A stretch of DNA of 64,000 nucleotides from a bacterium (GCA_963555815.3 CAUVWX020000002.1:32001-96000); one strand, 5' to 3'. Shown: positions 39,366-49,576, counted from the first letter of the stretch. The notes: generated from the sequence alone by a model not told the origin. Numbers and translations: made by a program.

Positions 39366-41333
39366 ATGAGAGAAGAAGTTGGGCTTTCGCCTGGAAAGGC
39401 AGTCGGGGACCCTCAGCATCTCTCGGGCCCCCTTCGCGGCAAGCTGGATAGGGCCATCAAGAAGGCCCAGTCCTGGATCTTGGAGCGCCAGGACCCTCAA
39501 GAGGGTTTTTGGGTGGCGGAGCTTCAGGCCGACACCACCCTCACTTCCGATTACGTCATCCTGAAAAGCTTTCTGGAGGCCCTGGAGCCTCGCAGGCGGG
39601 AGAAGGCTGTCCGCCATCTGGAGATGACCCAGCTCCCCGATGGGGGCTGGAACATCTACCACGGTGGCCCCAGCGAGATCAACGCCACCGTGAAGGCCTA
39701 CTTTGCCTTGAAGCTGGGGGGGGTGGCGCAGGGCGCCCCCATCCTGGAGCGGGCGAGGGAGGCCGTCCTTCGGATGGGAGGCCTTGAGCGCGCCAACATC
39801 TTCACGAAGATGTACCTCGCTCTGCACGGTCAGTTCGAGTGGGAAGACATCCCCTCCATGCCCGTCGAGATGATGTTCCTGCCCACGTGGTTCTATCTCA
39901 ATATTTATGAGTTCTCCTATTGGACTCGGACCATCATCGTTCCTCTTTTCATTACAGCGGCCCTGAAGCCGATGAAACAGATTCTTCCCCCTGGAAGCCT
40001 GAAGGAGCTCTCTATTGGCCCGGCCAGCAAGCGGCGCTGGTTCAATAGTCAGGAATCCTCCGAGGGTTTCATTCGAACCCTCATCCTCAACGCCGATGGC
40101 GCCCTGAAGTTTGCAGAGGGCATACAGCTGTCAGGCCTTCGCCAGCGCGCCATCGAGAGGGCCAAGGATTGGATGATCGAGCATCATCGCATGACGGGTG
40201 GGCTGGGGGCCATCTTCCCCGCCATGGGCAACGCCATTGTTGCTATGAAGGCCCTTGGCTACGACCCCAACCGGGATCTCACCCTGGCCAAGGCCATCCG
40301 AGATTTTGATGCCCTGGTCATTGAGGAGGAGGATCACTTGCGGGTCCAGCCCTGCCACTCACCCGTGTGGGATACCGTCCTCACTTGCTATGCCCTCCTG
40401 GAGGCGGAACTCCCCGGGGGGCATCCCTCTCTCGTCCGGGCCGGTGAGTGGCTTCTCGAAAAGCAGACCAGACACCTGGGCGACTGGCAAGTCAAAAACG
40501 CCGGGGTGGAGCCTGGAGGTTGGTTCTTTCAGTTCGAAAACGAGTTTCACCCTGACAACGATGACACCGCGGTGGCTCTGCTTGCCCTGCGCCAGATGAA
40601 GCTGCCAGGCCAGGAGGCCCAGAAGGAGGCCATCCAGCGGGGGCTGAACTGGGTCCTGAGCATGCAGGGGAGCGATGGAGGCTGGGGGTCCTTTGAGCGC
40701 GACAACAGCAAGACCATTCTCAACAACATTCCTTATGCCGACCACGGCGCGGTCCTGGACCCTAGCACGAGCGACCTGACCGGTCGACTCCTCGAAATGA
40801 TGGGTCGTTTGGGCTTTGGGATGGATCACCCTCGGGTCCAACGGGCGATCCGCTTTCTGAAGAAAGAACAGGAGAAAGAGGGCTGCTGGTACGGCAGGTG
40901 GGGCGTGAATTATATCTACGGGACCCACCTCGTCCTTCAGGGCCTTGCCGCCGTGGGGGAGGACCTCTCGGCCCCCTACGTCCAGCGGGCCGTCCGCTGG
41001 TTCCTCGACCATCAGCTCGAGGATGGCGGCTGGGGGGAGACCTGCGGCACCTACTGGGACCCCTCGACGGCCGGCCAGGGTCCAAGCACCGCCTCCCAGA
41101 CCGCCTGGGCCATCCTGGGACTATGCGCTGTGGGTCTTGCCGACTCCCCGACCGTGCGGCGGGGCGTAGAGTTCCTCATGGAACGTCAGACAGACGAGGG
41201 GACCTGGCAGGAAGAGAATTTTACAGGCACCGGATTTCCCAAGGTCTTCTATCTGCGCTACCACTTCTACCGCCACTACTTTCCCCTGGCAGCCCTCGGC
41301 CGGTGGCGGCGTCTCGTCGCCAAGGCGCCTTGA
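39366..41333 (+). CDS. shc: squalene-hopene cyclase
   Basis: QW repeats (Q..DGGW), DNDDTA catalytic DxDD, W.GRWG.NY.YGT, FTGTGFP..FYLRY; ATG 39366 after GGGGAG (ORF from 39309). Confidence 0.96.
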   Translation: MREEVGLSPGKAVGDPQHLSGPLRGKLDRAIKKAQSWILERQDPQEGFWVAELQADTTLTSDYVILKSFLEALEPRRREKAVRHLEMTQLPDGGWNIYHGGPSEINATVKAYFALKLGGVAQGAPILERAREAVLRMGGLERANIFTKMYLALHGQFEWEDIPSMPVEMMFLPTWFYLNIYEFSYWTRTIIVPLFITAALKPMKQILPPGSLKELSIGPASKRRWFNSQESSEGFIRTLILNADGALKFAEGIQLSGLRQRAIERAKDWMIEHHRMTGGLGAIFPAMGNAIVAMKALGYDPNRDLTLAKAIRDFDALVIEEEDHLRVQPCHSPVWDTVLTCYALLEAELPGGHPSLVRAGEWLLEKQTRHLGDWQVKNAGVEPGGWFFQFENEFHPDNDDTAVALLALRQMKLPGQEAQKEAIQRGLNWVLSMQGSDGGWGSFERDNSKTILNNIPYADHGAVLDPSTSDLTGRLLEMMGRLGFGMDHPRVQRAIRFLKKEQEKEGCWYGRWGVNYIYGTHLVLQGLAAVGEDLSAPYVQRAVRWFLDHQLEDGGWGETCGTYWDPSTAGQGPSTASQTAWAILGLCAVGLADSPTVRRGVEFLMERQTDEGTWQEENFTGTGFPKVFYLRYHFYRHYFPLAALGRWRRLVAKAP

Positions 41334-41367
41334 AGCGTCGGGTCTTTCCCTGACATGGGTTGAAAAA

Positions 41368-42144
41368 ATGCCGTCGAGAGGAAGTGTAGGGATCCTCTGC
41401 GCGTTGAGACCTGAGATCTCGGGTCTTCTTCGAACGGCCCAGACCGAGAACCTGAGGCGAGGAGCCCTTTGGAGGGGAGACCTGGAGGGGGTACCCCTTT
41501 TTTTTTGTCGGGGCGGGGTGGGGCTCAAGCGGGCCGCGGCAGGGGCACGGACTCTCATTGAGGAAGCGGCCCGAACAGGGGGTGGTGACCCCGGGTTGTC
41601 GACTCTCCTTTGTGTTGGGGCGGCTGGCGGGCTGGACCCTCGTCTGCGGCCGGGGGACATCGTGGTGGCCAAGGAGGTCTTAGGACCAAAAGAGGATCGC
41701 CCTTTGGGAGCCCCTCCCTTTTTAGTTCGCCTCGCCCAAGAAGCCGCCCGGGCGAATGGCCTCTCCCTGCGTGAGGGGAGGCTCTTGAGCGTGCCTCAGC
41801 CCCTTGTTGGCCCGAAGGAGAAAGCCCGGTCTTTCTCGGCGTATCGGGCCCTTGCCGTGGATATGGAAAGCCTGGGGGCGGCAAGGGTCGCCCGGGAGAT
41901 CGGGGTGCCTTTTCTTGCCCTTCGGGTCATCGCTGACGACGCCAGGATGACTCTGCCGATGCCGTCAGGTCTTTCGCCCCACCGCCTTGTGATAGAAGGT
42001 GCTCGTTTCGTCGCCAAGGTTCCCCGGTTTCGCCGAGCCCTCCTGAATCTCAATCGTTTCCTCGCGGCGTTCATCGTCCAGTTAGGTCTCTCCCCTGAAT
42101 GGGTTCGTAGACCCGATGAGGAGGTTCCCTCGGTCCAGCCATGA
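41368..42144 (+). CDS. PNP/MTA nucleoside phosphorylase family, HpnG-like (hopanoid-associated)
   Basis: CAL..E, GGVG, G.AGGL.P.LRPGD.VV, AVDMES, FLALRVIAD; directly after shc. Confidence 0.8.
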   Translation: MPSRGSVGILCALRPEISGLLRTAQTENLRRGALWRGDLEGVPLFFCRGGVGLKRAAAGARTLIEEAARTGGGDPGLSTLLCVGAAGGLDPRLRPGDIVVAKEVLGPKEDRPLGAPPFLVRLAQEAARANGLSLREGRLLSVPQPLVGPKEKARSFSAYRALAVDMESLGAARVAREIGVPFLALRVIADDARMTLPMPSGLSPHRLVIEGARFVAKVPRFRRALLNLNRFLAAFIVQLGLSPEWVRRPDEEVPSVQP

Positions 42145-44372
42145 ACCAGAGAAATTCCTCTACAAGGGGCAGACCTACTAGAGAGCCAATACGCATCACT
42201 CGTCGGGCCACCTTGGGCCGGGCCGTAGTGCACGGGATCCTTCTTGGACTTTTTCTGGGGGCCCTGGAACCCTATCTGGTACTCTATCTCACCTTCTTTG
42301 AAGCCGATCTCGCCACGCGCATGAGCGCCCTGCATCTCATTGCAGTCTCTCTCATCCTGAACACGGCCGTCTCCATCTCCGTGGCGGTGCTGGCGGCTTT
42401 TCTTTACCGTCTCTGGAGCCTTTGGAGAAAGAAGATCCCCACGGGAAGGGGAACGGTGGCCGCTTGCTGGGCAGCCTTCGCCGTCCTCTTCTTGGGGCTC
42501 CTCTTCTCCGGCTACCTCAACTCTCAATTTCTCACTGAGCGTAGGACAGGGCTGAACTTGGCGTTGAACGGATTTTTTGTTTTGGCGGCTATTGCTTTTG
42601 CCGTGGTATTCCATCACTGGCTCGTGAGGCGGCGCGTCCATCTGATCAGCTGGGGCAGTGGTCTGGCGGCGGCCAGCCTTGTCGTCTCTCTGGGCCTTAT
42701 CCCTGTCCTCTTTGGGTCCGAGGCCAAGCCCTTCAGGGGGCAGTCGTGGCGAAAGATGGACCCGTCGCTCGCCCGGGCGCCAAACATCATCGTGATCCTG
42801 CTGGACACCCTGCGGGCGGACCACCTCTCAGTCCATGGGTATGAGCGTCCCACATCCCCCGAGCTTGAGCGCATCGCCAGGGAGGGTGTCCTCTTCGAAA
42901 ACGCTTTCGCCCACTCCAACTGGACGCCCCCTTCCATAACGACTCTTCTGACCTCTCTCTATGAGTCGGTGCACGGCGTGGACCAGGTGGACAGCATTGT
43001 CCCTGACTCCATCACCACCCTTGCTGAAGCCCTTGGGCAGGCCGGTTACACCTCGGCATTCTTGTCCGCCAACAACCTGGTCCAAAAGCCTACCAACTAC
43101 ACCCAAGGTTTTGACTACATCTACCATGTCTTCTCAGATGGCTACCAGGCGGTCAGGGGACGAAATCGCCTTCCCCCCTTTCAACTCTATGCCTGGCGAG
43201 TTGCCGAAAGGCTCATCCCAGGGGCCTTAGAAACCTTGGACACGGTCAACGTCTTTTTCGAGCACCTCTTCAACGAGGTGGGAGTGGACAAGAGAAATGG
43301 CCGGGAAGTGGAAGGACAGTGGCCCTCGATTGCCATCAAGCCCGAGGCGGGTTTGGCACGGGGGGCCAAGGCGGACTGGATATATGAACACGTCCGGGCC
43401 TATCTCTCCTACATGACGGCGAAGTCCGGTTACGACTCCAAGCAGAACAAATTCTTCCTTTATCTACACTACTTCGAGCCCCATTCCCCCTATCGGGCGC
43501 CTCGACATTACAAACACCTATATGACCCGGAGTTCAAGGGGCACTACGTGGAAGGCCCCAATGGCAAGCAGGTGTGTGAATACGTCGAAGGACCTCTCGC
43601 ACAAAGTGAATGCTTCGTCGAGAAGCCTCCCAGTAAAGGTCAGCCTGTCCTCGGCGAACGGGAGCAGCGCAACCTGGTGGCCCAATATGACGGCGAGATC
43701 ACGTTTCTCGACCTCTACCTTGGAAAGCTGGTGGACTTCCTCAAAGAAGAAGATCTCTTCGATGACACTCTCATCGTGATCACTGCGGATCACGGTGAAG
43801 CTTTTTGGGAACACGGGTACTACGCACACGGCGTGGACGTATTTCAGGAGGAGGTCCATATCCCCCTGATCGTCACCTGGCCCAAAGGGCTTCCCGGTGG
43901 CATCCGAAAACCGGACCCCGTGGGGCTGGTGGACATCATGCCGACCCTTCTCGAGGCGGCGGGCCTGCCGCCCGTCCTGGGCATGCAGGGACGATCCTTC
44001 CTAAACGTCCTGCGAGGAGAGGGCCAGCGCCGGGAACTTTACGGCGAGACCGGCTTTGATGACGTAAGGGTCTTCCTTGTTCGGGACCGCCTTAAGCTCA
44101 TCTATCACCTGGGCGACCCTCTCGAAGCCATCTTCTCCCCCCGCCCGGTGAAAAAACTTTTATTTAATCTGGAAGATGATCCCACTGAGCAGTCGAACCT
44201 CCTGTCCAATCACACCGAGACCGTCGGAATAAAGGCGGTGGAATCGCTTCAGACCGATCTTGCGAGGTGGCACGCGCTCGTCCGGGAGGCCAGCGGGACC
44301 CACGAGCCCAAAGAGGCTGAATTGCCAAAAGAGGTCGAGGAACGCCTCAAGGCCCTCGGTTATTTGGAGTAG
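42141..44372 (+). CDS. membrane-anchored sulfatase/alkaline-phosphatase superfamily protein
   Basis: About 5 N-terminal TM helices, PNIIVILLDTLRADHL, WTPPS, LHYFEPHSPY, YDGEI, TADHGE, C-terminal ERLKALGY. Confidence 0.85.
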   Translation: MNQRNSSTRGRPTREPIRITRRATLGRAVVHGILLGLFLGALEPYLVLYLTFFEADLATRMSALHLIAVSLILNTAVSISVAVLAAFLYRLWSLWRKKIPTGRGTVAACWAAFAVLFLGLLFSGYLNSQFLTERRTGLNLALNGFFVLAAIAFAVVFHHWLVRRRVHLISWGSGLAAASLVVSLGLIPVLFGSEAKPFRGQSWRKMDPSLARAPNIIVILLDTLRADHLSVHGYERPTSPELERIAREGVLFENAFAHSNWTPPSITTLLTSLYESVHGVDQVDSIVPDSITTLAEALGQAGYTSAFLSANNLVQKPTNYTQGFDYIYHVFSDGYQAVRGRNRLPPFQLYAWRVAERLIPGALETLDTVNVFFEHLFNEVGVDKRNGREVEGQWPSIAIKPEAGLARGAKADWIYEHVRAYLSYMTAKSGYDSKQNKFFLYLHYFEPHSPYRAPRHYKHLYDPEFKGHYVEGPNGKQVCEYVEGPLAQSECFVEKPPSKGQPVLGEREQRNLVAQYDGEITFLDLYLGKLVDFLKEEDLFDDTLIVITADHGEAFWEHGYYAHGVDVFQEEVHIPLIVTWPKGLPGGIRKPDPVGLVDIMPTLLEAAGLPPVLGMQGRSFLNVLRGEGQRRELYGETGFDDVRVFLVRDRLKLIYHLGDPLEAIFSPRPVKKLLFNLEDDPTEQSNLLSNHTETVGIKAVESLQTDLARWHALVREASGTHEPKEAELPKEVEERLKALGYLE

Positions 44373-44446
44373 TTCCCCCCTTCGTCTCTCTGCATCACGT
44401 CGAAGTCGGACGGGAAGTGCCGTAGGGATGAAGAGAAAAAGGCTTC

Positions 44447-44476
44447 TTGCACCTTTCCCTGGGGAAGGCCTATAGT
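44447..44476 (+). promoter_or_regulatory. sigma70-type promoter for the Omp85-like gene
   Basis: TTGCAC-N18-TATAGT. Confidence 0.5.
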
Positions 44477-44588
44477 GAATTGTTTTTTTGCTCAGGTTTG
44501 GAGGCGGAGGTGACCTGGGATTGGTTTGCCCGTCAGTTTGCGGGAGTTTTTTTTGACTCGAAATGCTGAGGGGGAGCTGAGGGATTAG

Positions 44589-45824
44589 ATGAAACGGATC
44601 AGCGGATGGATCGAGGGTTTTTTCGTCTCGGTCTTGATCCTCCTTCTTTGGGTTTCGCCGGGACTCTCACAGCTGCCTTTGCCTGACACCTCTCTTGGCC
44701 CTCGGACCCGGCCCCTTTTTCTGCCCCTTCCGGCCTTCGGGAGTTCCCCCAGTAAGGGGAACGACTTTGGCATCCTGCCGGTGTGGCTTTTCTTTGATTC
44801 TGAGGGGAAGATCAACAATATCTTGGCCCCTTCGGCCATCTTCAACGACGAGACGGGCCTGAAGGGGGCCTTCCGCTGGATTGGCTTTCTCCCTGACTCT
44901 GCCAAGTTCCGCCTCATCGCCGTTCGCTCCACCAACGTGGACGAGGACTACGTAGCGGAGCTGGAGGCCCCTCGCCTCTTTGGGGAACGCTTCGCCTTCT
45001 TTGGCGAGTTACGCTACTTTCGGGACCCCACCTTCCAATTCTTCGGCCTTGGCCCCGAGACCAGGGAGACGGACGAGACGGGTTTTACCCAGCGGGAGCT
45101 GCGCGCGAGCCTCAGCTTCGGGGTGAATTTCCTCTCCGCCTTCAGGATCACCTATGACGAACGGACTCGTTTCGTGACCATTAAGGGTGGAGGCCGGACC
45201 ACGGAGGCCTTCATAGCGGAGAGCTTTCCTGGGACCCCGGGTGTGGGGGAAGACATCCTCACCTCGACCCGAGGGTTCACCCTGAGCTTTGACACCCGAG
45301 ACTTCATCGACCTTCCGACCCGGGGCTTTTTCGGAAAGGCCGCCATTGAGGTTTCTTCAGAGGCCTGGGGGAGTGAAGAGTCGTATACACGTTTTACCCT
45401 GGAGGGCCGTGCCTTTGTCCCCTGGCCGGACGATCGATGGATCACCTCCCTTCGCCTTACCTCGAGCTTCGTGGACAACCAAAGTGCCCCTTTCTATGAG
45501 CAGAGCTCCTTGGGGGGAAAAGACTTTCGGGCTTTTCCAGACGATCGTTTCATCGATAAAGGAAGCATTCTCCTGAATCTAGAAGAGCGATATCGCCTCT
45601 TTCGCAAGTCGATCTTCCAGGTGGACACGGACATCGAGGTGGCCCCCTTCATCGAGCTGGGCCAGGTCTTTGAGGATTCCGACGAGATCGCCACCGAGCA
45701 TGTCCGGCTCGCCTTCGGGATCGGATTGCGGGCCGTCGTCCGCCCCAACGTGGTGGGAAAGGTGGATGTGGGGTACGGCGAGGAGGGGGCTCGTCTCTTC
45801 GTAGGTCTGGGCTATCCCTTCTAA
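44589..45824 (+). CDS. Omp85/BamA-TamA family beta-barrel without POTRA domains
   Basis: Signal peptide, FDTRD...PTRG, LGG..FRAF...RF, GIGLR, terminal LGYPF. Confidence 0.75.
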   Translation: MKRISGWIEGFFVSVLILLLWVSPGLSQLPLPDTSLGPRTRPLFLPLPAFGSSPSKGNDFGILPVWLFFDSEGKINNILAPSAIFNDETGLKGAFRWIGFLPDSAKFRLIAVRSTNVDEDYVAELEAPRLFGERFAFFGELRYFRDPTFQFFGLGPETRETDETGFTQRELRASLSFGVNFLSAFRITYDERTRFVTIKGGGRTTEAFIAESFPGTPGVGEDILTSTRGFTLSFDTRDFIDLPTRGFFGKAAIEVSSEAWGSEESYTRFTLEGRAFVPWPDDRWITSLRLTSSFVDNQSAPFYEQSSLGGKDFRAFPDDRFIDKGSILLNLEERYRLFRKSIFQVDTDIEVAPFIELGQVFEDSDEIATEHVRLAFGIGLRAVVRPNVVGKVDVGYGEEGARLFVGLGYPF

Positions 45825-45948
45825 TTAAAACCCCCATCTCCACGGATTCCAATCCTGTAGAGGCTCTTCTGCCCTTCGGTTGATGTAGGGTGTATATTTC
45901 TCTGCACGGGGTATTTTTTTGCCGAGCGGATGTCCGAGGGAAGGGCCG

Positions 45949-46932
45949 ATGGTTGACTTTGGTCCCGTCTTAGACCGGTTCGCCAGTGCACGGGTCATGG
46001 TGGTCGGGGACCTGATGGCGGACAAATATGTCTGGGCCGACGGCCAAGGGTCCATACGGGGCGCGACGGAGGTCTTGAAGGTAAAGCGGGAGAATTACGC
46101 CCTGGGTGGGGCGGCCAACGTCGCCAACAACCTTCGAGCCATGGGGTCTGAGGTCTTCCTTTGCGGTATTGTTGGTTACGACGACGCCGCCCACTGGTTT
46201 CGCAGGGGCTGCCACGAGGCAGGGATTGATACCAGCGGCATCTTCCCCGTTAACGATCGGCCAACGACCCTGAAGATCCGGATCATGACGGGGGACCGAC
46301 CTGCTCCCCTCTTTCGCGTCGATTATGAGCGGGCCGACGCGGCTGACGCCTCGGAGCAGGCCTCGATGCTAACCTACGTGGAGCACTATCTGCCCATGGT
46401 GGACGCCCTCATCCTGTCCGACTATGACAGGGGAATCTTCGCCTCGGCGGACTTTACCCTTGGCCTAATGGAGCGAGCCTCCCATCACCAGAAGATTACC
46501 GTCATCGAGCCGAAAGGTCCGCGGCTCGACTTCTGCAAGGGGGCTCATCTGGTCATCCTGGGCGACATCGAGGCTGAGGATTTTTGCCTGCGCGCCTTTC
46601 AACCGGCCCCCGCGAACTGGGAGGCCCTTGGCGGCCGCTTGAGAGAAACCCTGGGCTGTGAGGCCTTGGCGGTCCTTCGCTCGGAGGAGGAACTTTGGTA
46701 CCACTACCGGGAAGGGGAAACGGGTCGCCATGTCGTCGAGACTGTCGATCGCCGGATGGTGCGGGACGCAACGGGCGTGAAGGATACCATCACGAGCGCC
46801 CTCGCTTTGAGCCTCATCGCTGGGGTCGATCCTCCAGCGGCGGCCCGCCTCGCCCTGAAGGTGGCAGAGAAAGTAGTCAGCAGGATCGGAACCGCCACCG
46901 TTTCTCTGGCGGAACTCAGGCGGACGCTCTGA
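45949..46932 (+). CDS. RfaE/HldE kinase-domain-like PfkB protein (divergent)
   Basis: VVGDLM.D.Y, LGGAANVANNL, RPTTLK.R, RVD.E, ILSDY. Confidence 0.75.
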   Translation: MVDFGPVLDRFASARVMVVGDLMADKYVWADGQGSIRGATEVLKVKRENYALGGAANVANNLRAMGSEVFLCGIVGYDDAAHWFRRGCHEAGIDTSGIFPVNDRPTTLKIRIMTGDRPAPLFRVDYERADAADASEQASMLTYVEHYLPMVDALILSDYDRGIFASADFTLGLMERASHHQKITVIEPKGPRLDFCKGAHLVILGDIEAEDFCLRAFQPAPANWEALGGRLRETLGCEALAVLRSEEELWYHYREGETGRHVVETVDRRMVRDATGVKDTITSALALSLIAGVDPPAAARLALKVAEKVVSRIGTATVSLAELRRTL

Positions 46933-47030
46933 GCGGCGGAACTTCCCCGATGAACCCTCTGACGTGAAGGCGATCCCCGGGATGGGAGCCCTTCCTTTAT
47001 GCGATCTTCCTTTGGGGTGCCCGACTGCCT

Positions 47031-47930
47031 ATGAAACCCAGTGAAGAGACCCTGAGATCTCTGGAAGCCCATGCCGTTGAGATGGCCCGGGGGGCAGGAG
47101 ATCTCTTGGCCGCCCGTTTCGGCAAAGACCTCAAGGTGGAATTCAAGGACCGAAAGAAAAAGAGGGACCCCTTAACAGACGCTGATCAGGAGAGTCAGGC
47201 CTATCTTCGGAGGGCCATTGAGAAGAATTTTTCTGGACATGGGATTTTGGGCGAGGAGGCCCTTGAGGTTCAGGGAAAAGACGGTGAGTTCCTTTGGGTA
47301 GTGGACCCTTTAGACGGGACGACCAACTTTCTTCGAAGGCTTCCGATCTACGGGGTCTCGGTGGGCGTCCTTCACGCGGGCCAGCCCGTTGTGGCCGCCA
47401 TCTCCCTTCCCGGCCAAGGGGGCCGACCGACCGAGGTCTTTCACGCCCGGGCGGCTGGGGGGGCCTTTTTAGACGGCCGCCCCATCCATGTGAATGAGAT
47501 CAAGCGACCGGCCCCTACGCAGCTCGTCTGTCTTCCAGGCCGCTACGGCTCCATGTTCCGATTTGTCGGAGACCTTAGGAGGCATCCGGGCGAGGTCCGA
47601 GGGACAGGCAGCATCGCCTTTGAACTCGTACACGCGGCCCTGGGGACCTTCCAGTACGCCCTCTTTGTTAGTCCCAAGATATGGGATGTGGCGGCAGGTG
47701 TCCTTCTGGTCAAGGAGGCGGGCGGAGAGGCCCTCATGCGTCGCAAGGCGGGAACAGCCTGGCGTCCTCTTGAGCGCTTCGGGCCAGATGATCCCACAGC
47801 CCCCCGGACTCTAGATGGGCTGCGTAACTGGCGAGCCTCCTTGATCGTGGGAAACCGGGACGTGGTGCGTTTCGTCACGGCCCATATCCGTCGTCCCTTT
47901 CGCTTGAGAATCCCCCGCTCCCGTCGATAG
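47031..47930 (+). CDS. inositol monophosphatase family protein
   Basis: DPLTDAD, ILGEE, WVVDPLDGTTNF, WDVAAG.LLVKEAGG. Confidence 0.9.
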   Translation: MKPSEETLRSLEAHAVEMARGAGDLLAARFGKDLKVEFKDRKKKRDPLTDADQESQAYLRRAIEKNFSGHGILGEEALEVQGKDGEFLWVVDPLDGTTNFLRRLPIYGVSVGVLHAGQPVVAAISLPGQGGRPTEVFHARAAGGAFLDGRPIHVNEIKRPAPTQLVCLPGRYGSMFRFVGDLRRHPGEVRGTGSIAFELVHAALGTFQYALFVSPKIWDVAAGVLLVKEAGGEALMRRKAGTAWRPLERFGPDDPTAPRTLDGLRNWRASLIVGNRDVVRFVTAHIRRPFRLRIPRSRR

Positions 47931-47985
47931 TCAACGTCAAACCCGCTCTCTTCTGCTGCACAACCCGGCGAGGGCCTCCAGAGGC

Positions 47986-48752
47986 TCAGTAGAGGGGCCA
48001 AGGGGTGGCGTGGTGTGTCGGGGGAAGGGGATAGAGGGGAGAGGCCAAGAGGCGGTCCAGTCGCTCCCCGAGGGCATTCACCTCGCTTCCTTCAAGAAGG
48101 GCCAAAAGGGCCCGGCGAAGGTTGCTCTCCTCGTCCAGTCGTCTTCGGAAGACCTTTAAGTCGGAAAGAAGACCTCCCGGTATGGGCTGGCCTCGGAAGT
48201 CCCAGAGGATGGTCCTGAGCTTTGGTTCAGTGTGGAAGGTGAGGCCATGGTCAATGGCCCACACCCGCGCGTCCTGTGCCCGAAAACAGTGGCCCGCCTT
48301 TCTGTCCGCATTATTGACAAGGACATCGAAGAGGGCGATCTGGCGCAGGGCCTCACCGTGCTCGCGCTGAAGAGCGGCGTAGTCGCACTCGGAATCTGGT
48401 GCGATGTAGAGCTGGAGTGAGCCCACACCGTGGGGGCCCGGGCGGATCACGGTCGGCGGAACCAGGTGCCAGCCCAGGGTCTCGCTGACGAGGAAGGCGG
48501 CGAGCTCCCGCTTGTAGAGGGTTCCTGCCGGAAAATCCCAAAGGGTATCTCCCCCTCTTCTGGCTTGTAGATGGCGAGAAGAGACAGACCGTCCCCCGCT
48601 ATCAAAGAGACGGCGAAGGTGTAATTGGACGCCCAGGGGACGAGCTGGAGGTCGCCCATCTGACCTTCCTGGAGGAGGTCTAGGGCCTCAGTGAGCGAGC
48701 AGGTCAGGCTGCTATCGGCAGAGTGCTCCTTTTTCTTTCGTGGCTGTTTCAA
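47986..48752 (-). pseudogene. SCO1664-family (PI3/PI4-kinase-like) protein, frameshifted at about 48543
   Basis: SNYTF..YKP..GE.P[L]WDFP.GTLYKRE.AA restored by adding one base in CCCTT; C-part NNADRK.GH, IDHGLTFH...KLRT.LW. Confidence 0.75.
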
Positions 48753-48839
48753 TCCAAATGGTCTCTGAGAATAGATGAGGATCTCTTTGAGAACCGCGAG
48801 ACACCCAGTCTTTCACGTTTCTGGCTGTGTGGTTCCCTT

Positions 48840-49400
48840 TCAGGATCCTTTGCCCGCTTCCTGGGCCAGGGTTTGGCCATTTGAACGGGGACAGAAGTGG
48901 CCTTGGGAGTCAATGGGGTTTTGACAGAGGGGACATATCGGACGACCTGACGCACACACCGTCAAAGCCTCCTCAGCCAGCACCGCCAATTGTGCCCGAC
49001 GAGCCTGAAAACTCAAGGTGGGAAGGATCTCAAGGCCCTCTTCTTCCGACTCTTCTTGCTCCTCGGGGATGACATCGGTGTCGTGAACGAAGAAGATGAA
49101 TCGGCCTCTTTCCTCGTCATGGTCCATCCCGAGACGGCCGATCTTAAACTCGAGGGTCTGATACTCGGGGGGATCAGCAAAAGCCTCCAGCTCGGCCTCC
49201 GCGTCCTTTTTGAAGGGAGTTGTCCTCAGGATTCTACGGATGGCGAGGGCGAGGCCGTAGAGCTGTTCCTTCTCGATCCAAAGACAGGCGCCCCCCTTTC
49301 GGGCATCTACGAGGAGGCGAAAAGTCCGCCTCCCCGATGTGCCGATGGCCTCGGCCTTGAAGGCGTTAACGTCGCCAAGCTTATGGTGACTTTCTTCCAT
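48840..49400 (-). CDS. DUF3090 family protein
   Basis: AIG..G.RTF, W.EKEQL..LA, EF.IG, C-terminal GRP.CPLC..PID..GHFCPRSNG. Confidence 0.8.
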   Translation of the reverse strand: MEESHHKLGDVNAFKAEAIGTSGRRTFRLLVDARKGGACLWIEKEQLYGLALAIRRILRTTPFKKDAEAELEAFADPPEYQTLEFKIGRLGMDHDEERGRFIFFVHDTDVIPEEQEESEEEGLEILPTLSFQARRAQLAVLAEEALTVCASGRPICPLCQNPIDSQGHFCPRSNGQTLAQEAGKGS

Positions 49401-49576
49401 GAAAAATGACCCTCTTATGCAAGTCTATGCTTTATAGCGCAGGATGTGAACATTGTAAATCCTGGGCGTCTGTTTGAAAGTCTTCCCAATCTCACGTTCA
49501 GAGGGTATCCTCTTCGGCGAGATTTTCTGCCGGGGCCGGGCGCAGAGACCGCTCCGGGACCTGGAGAAAGGGAGGT

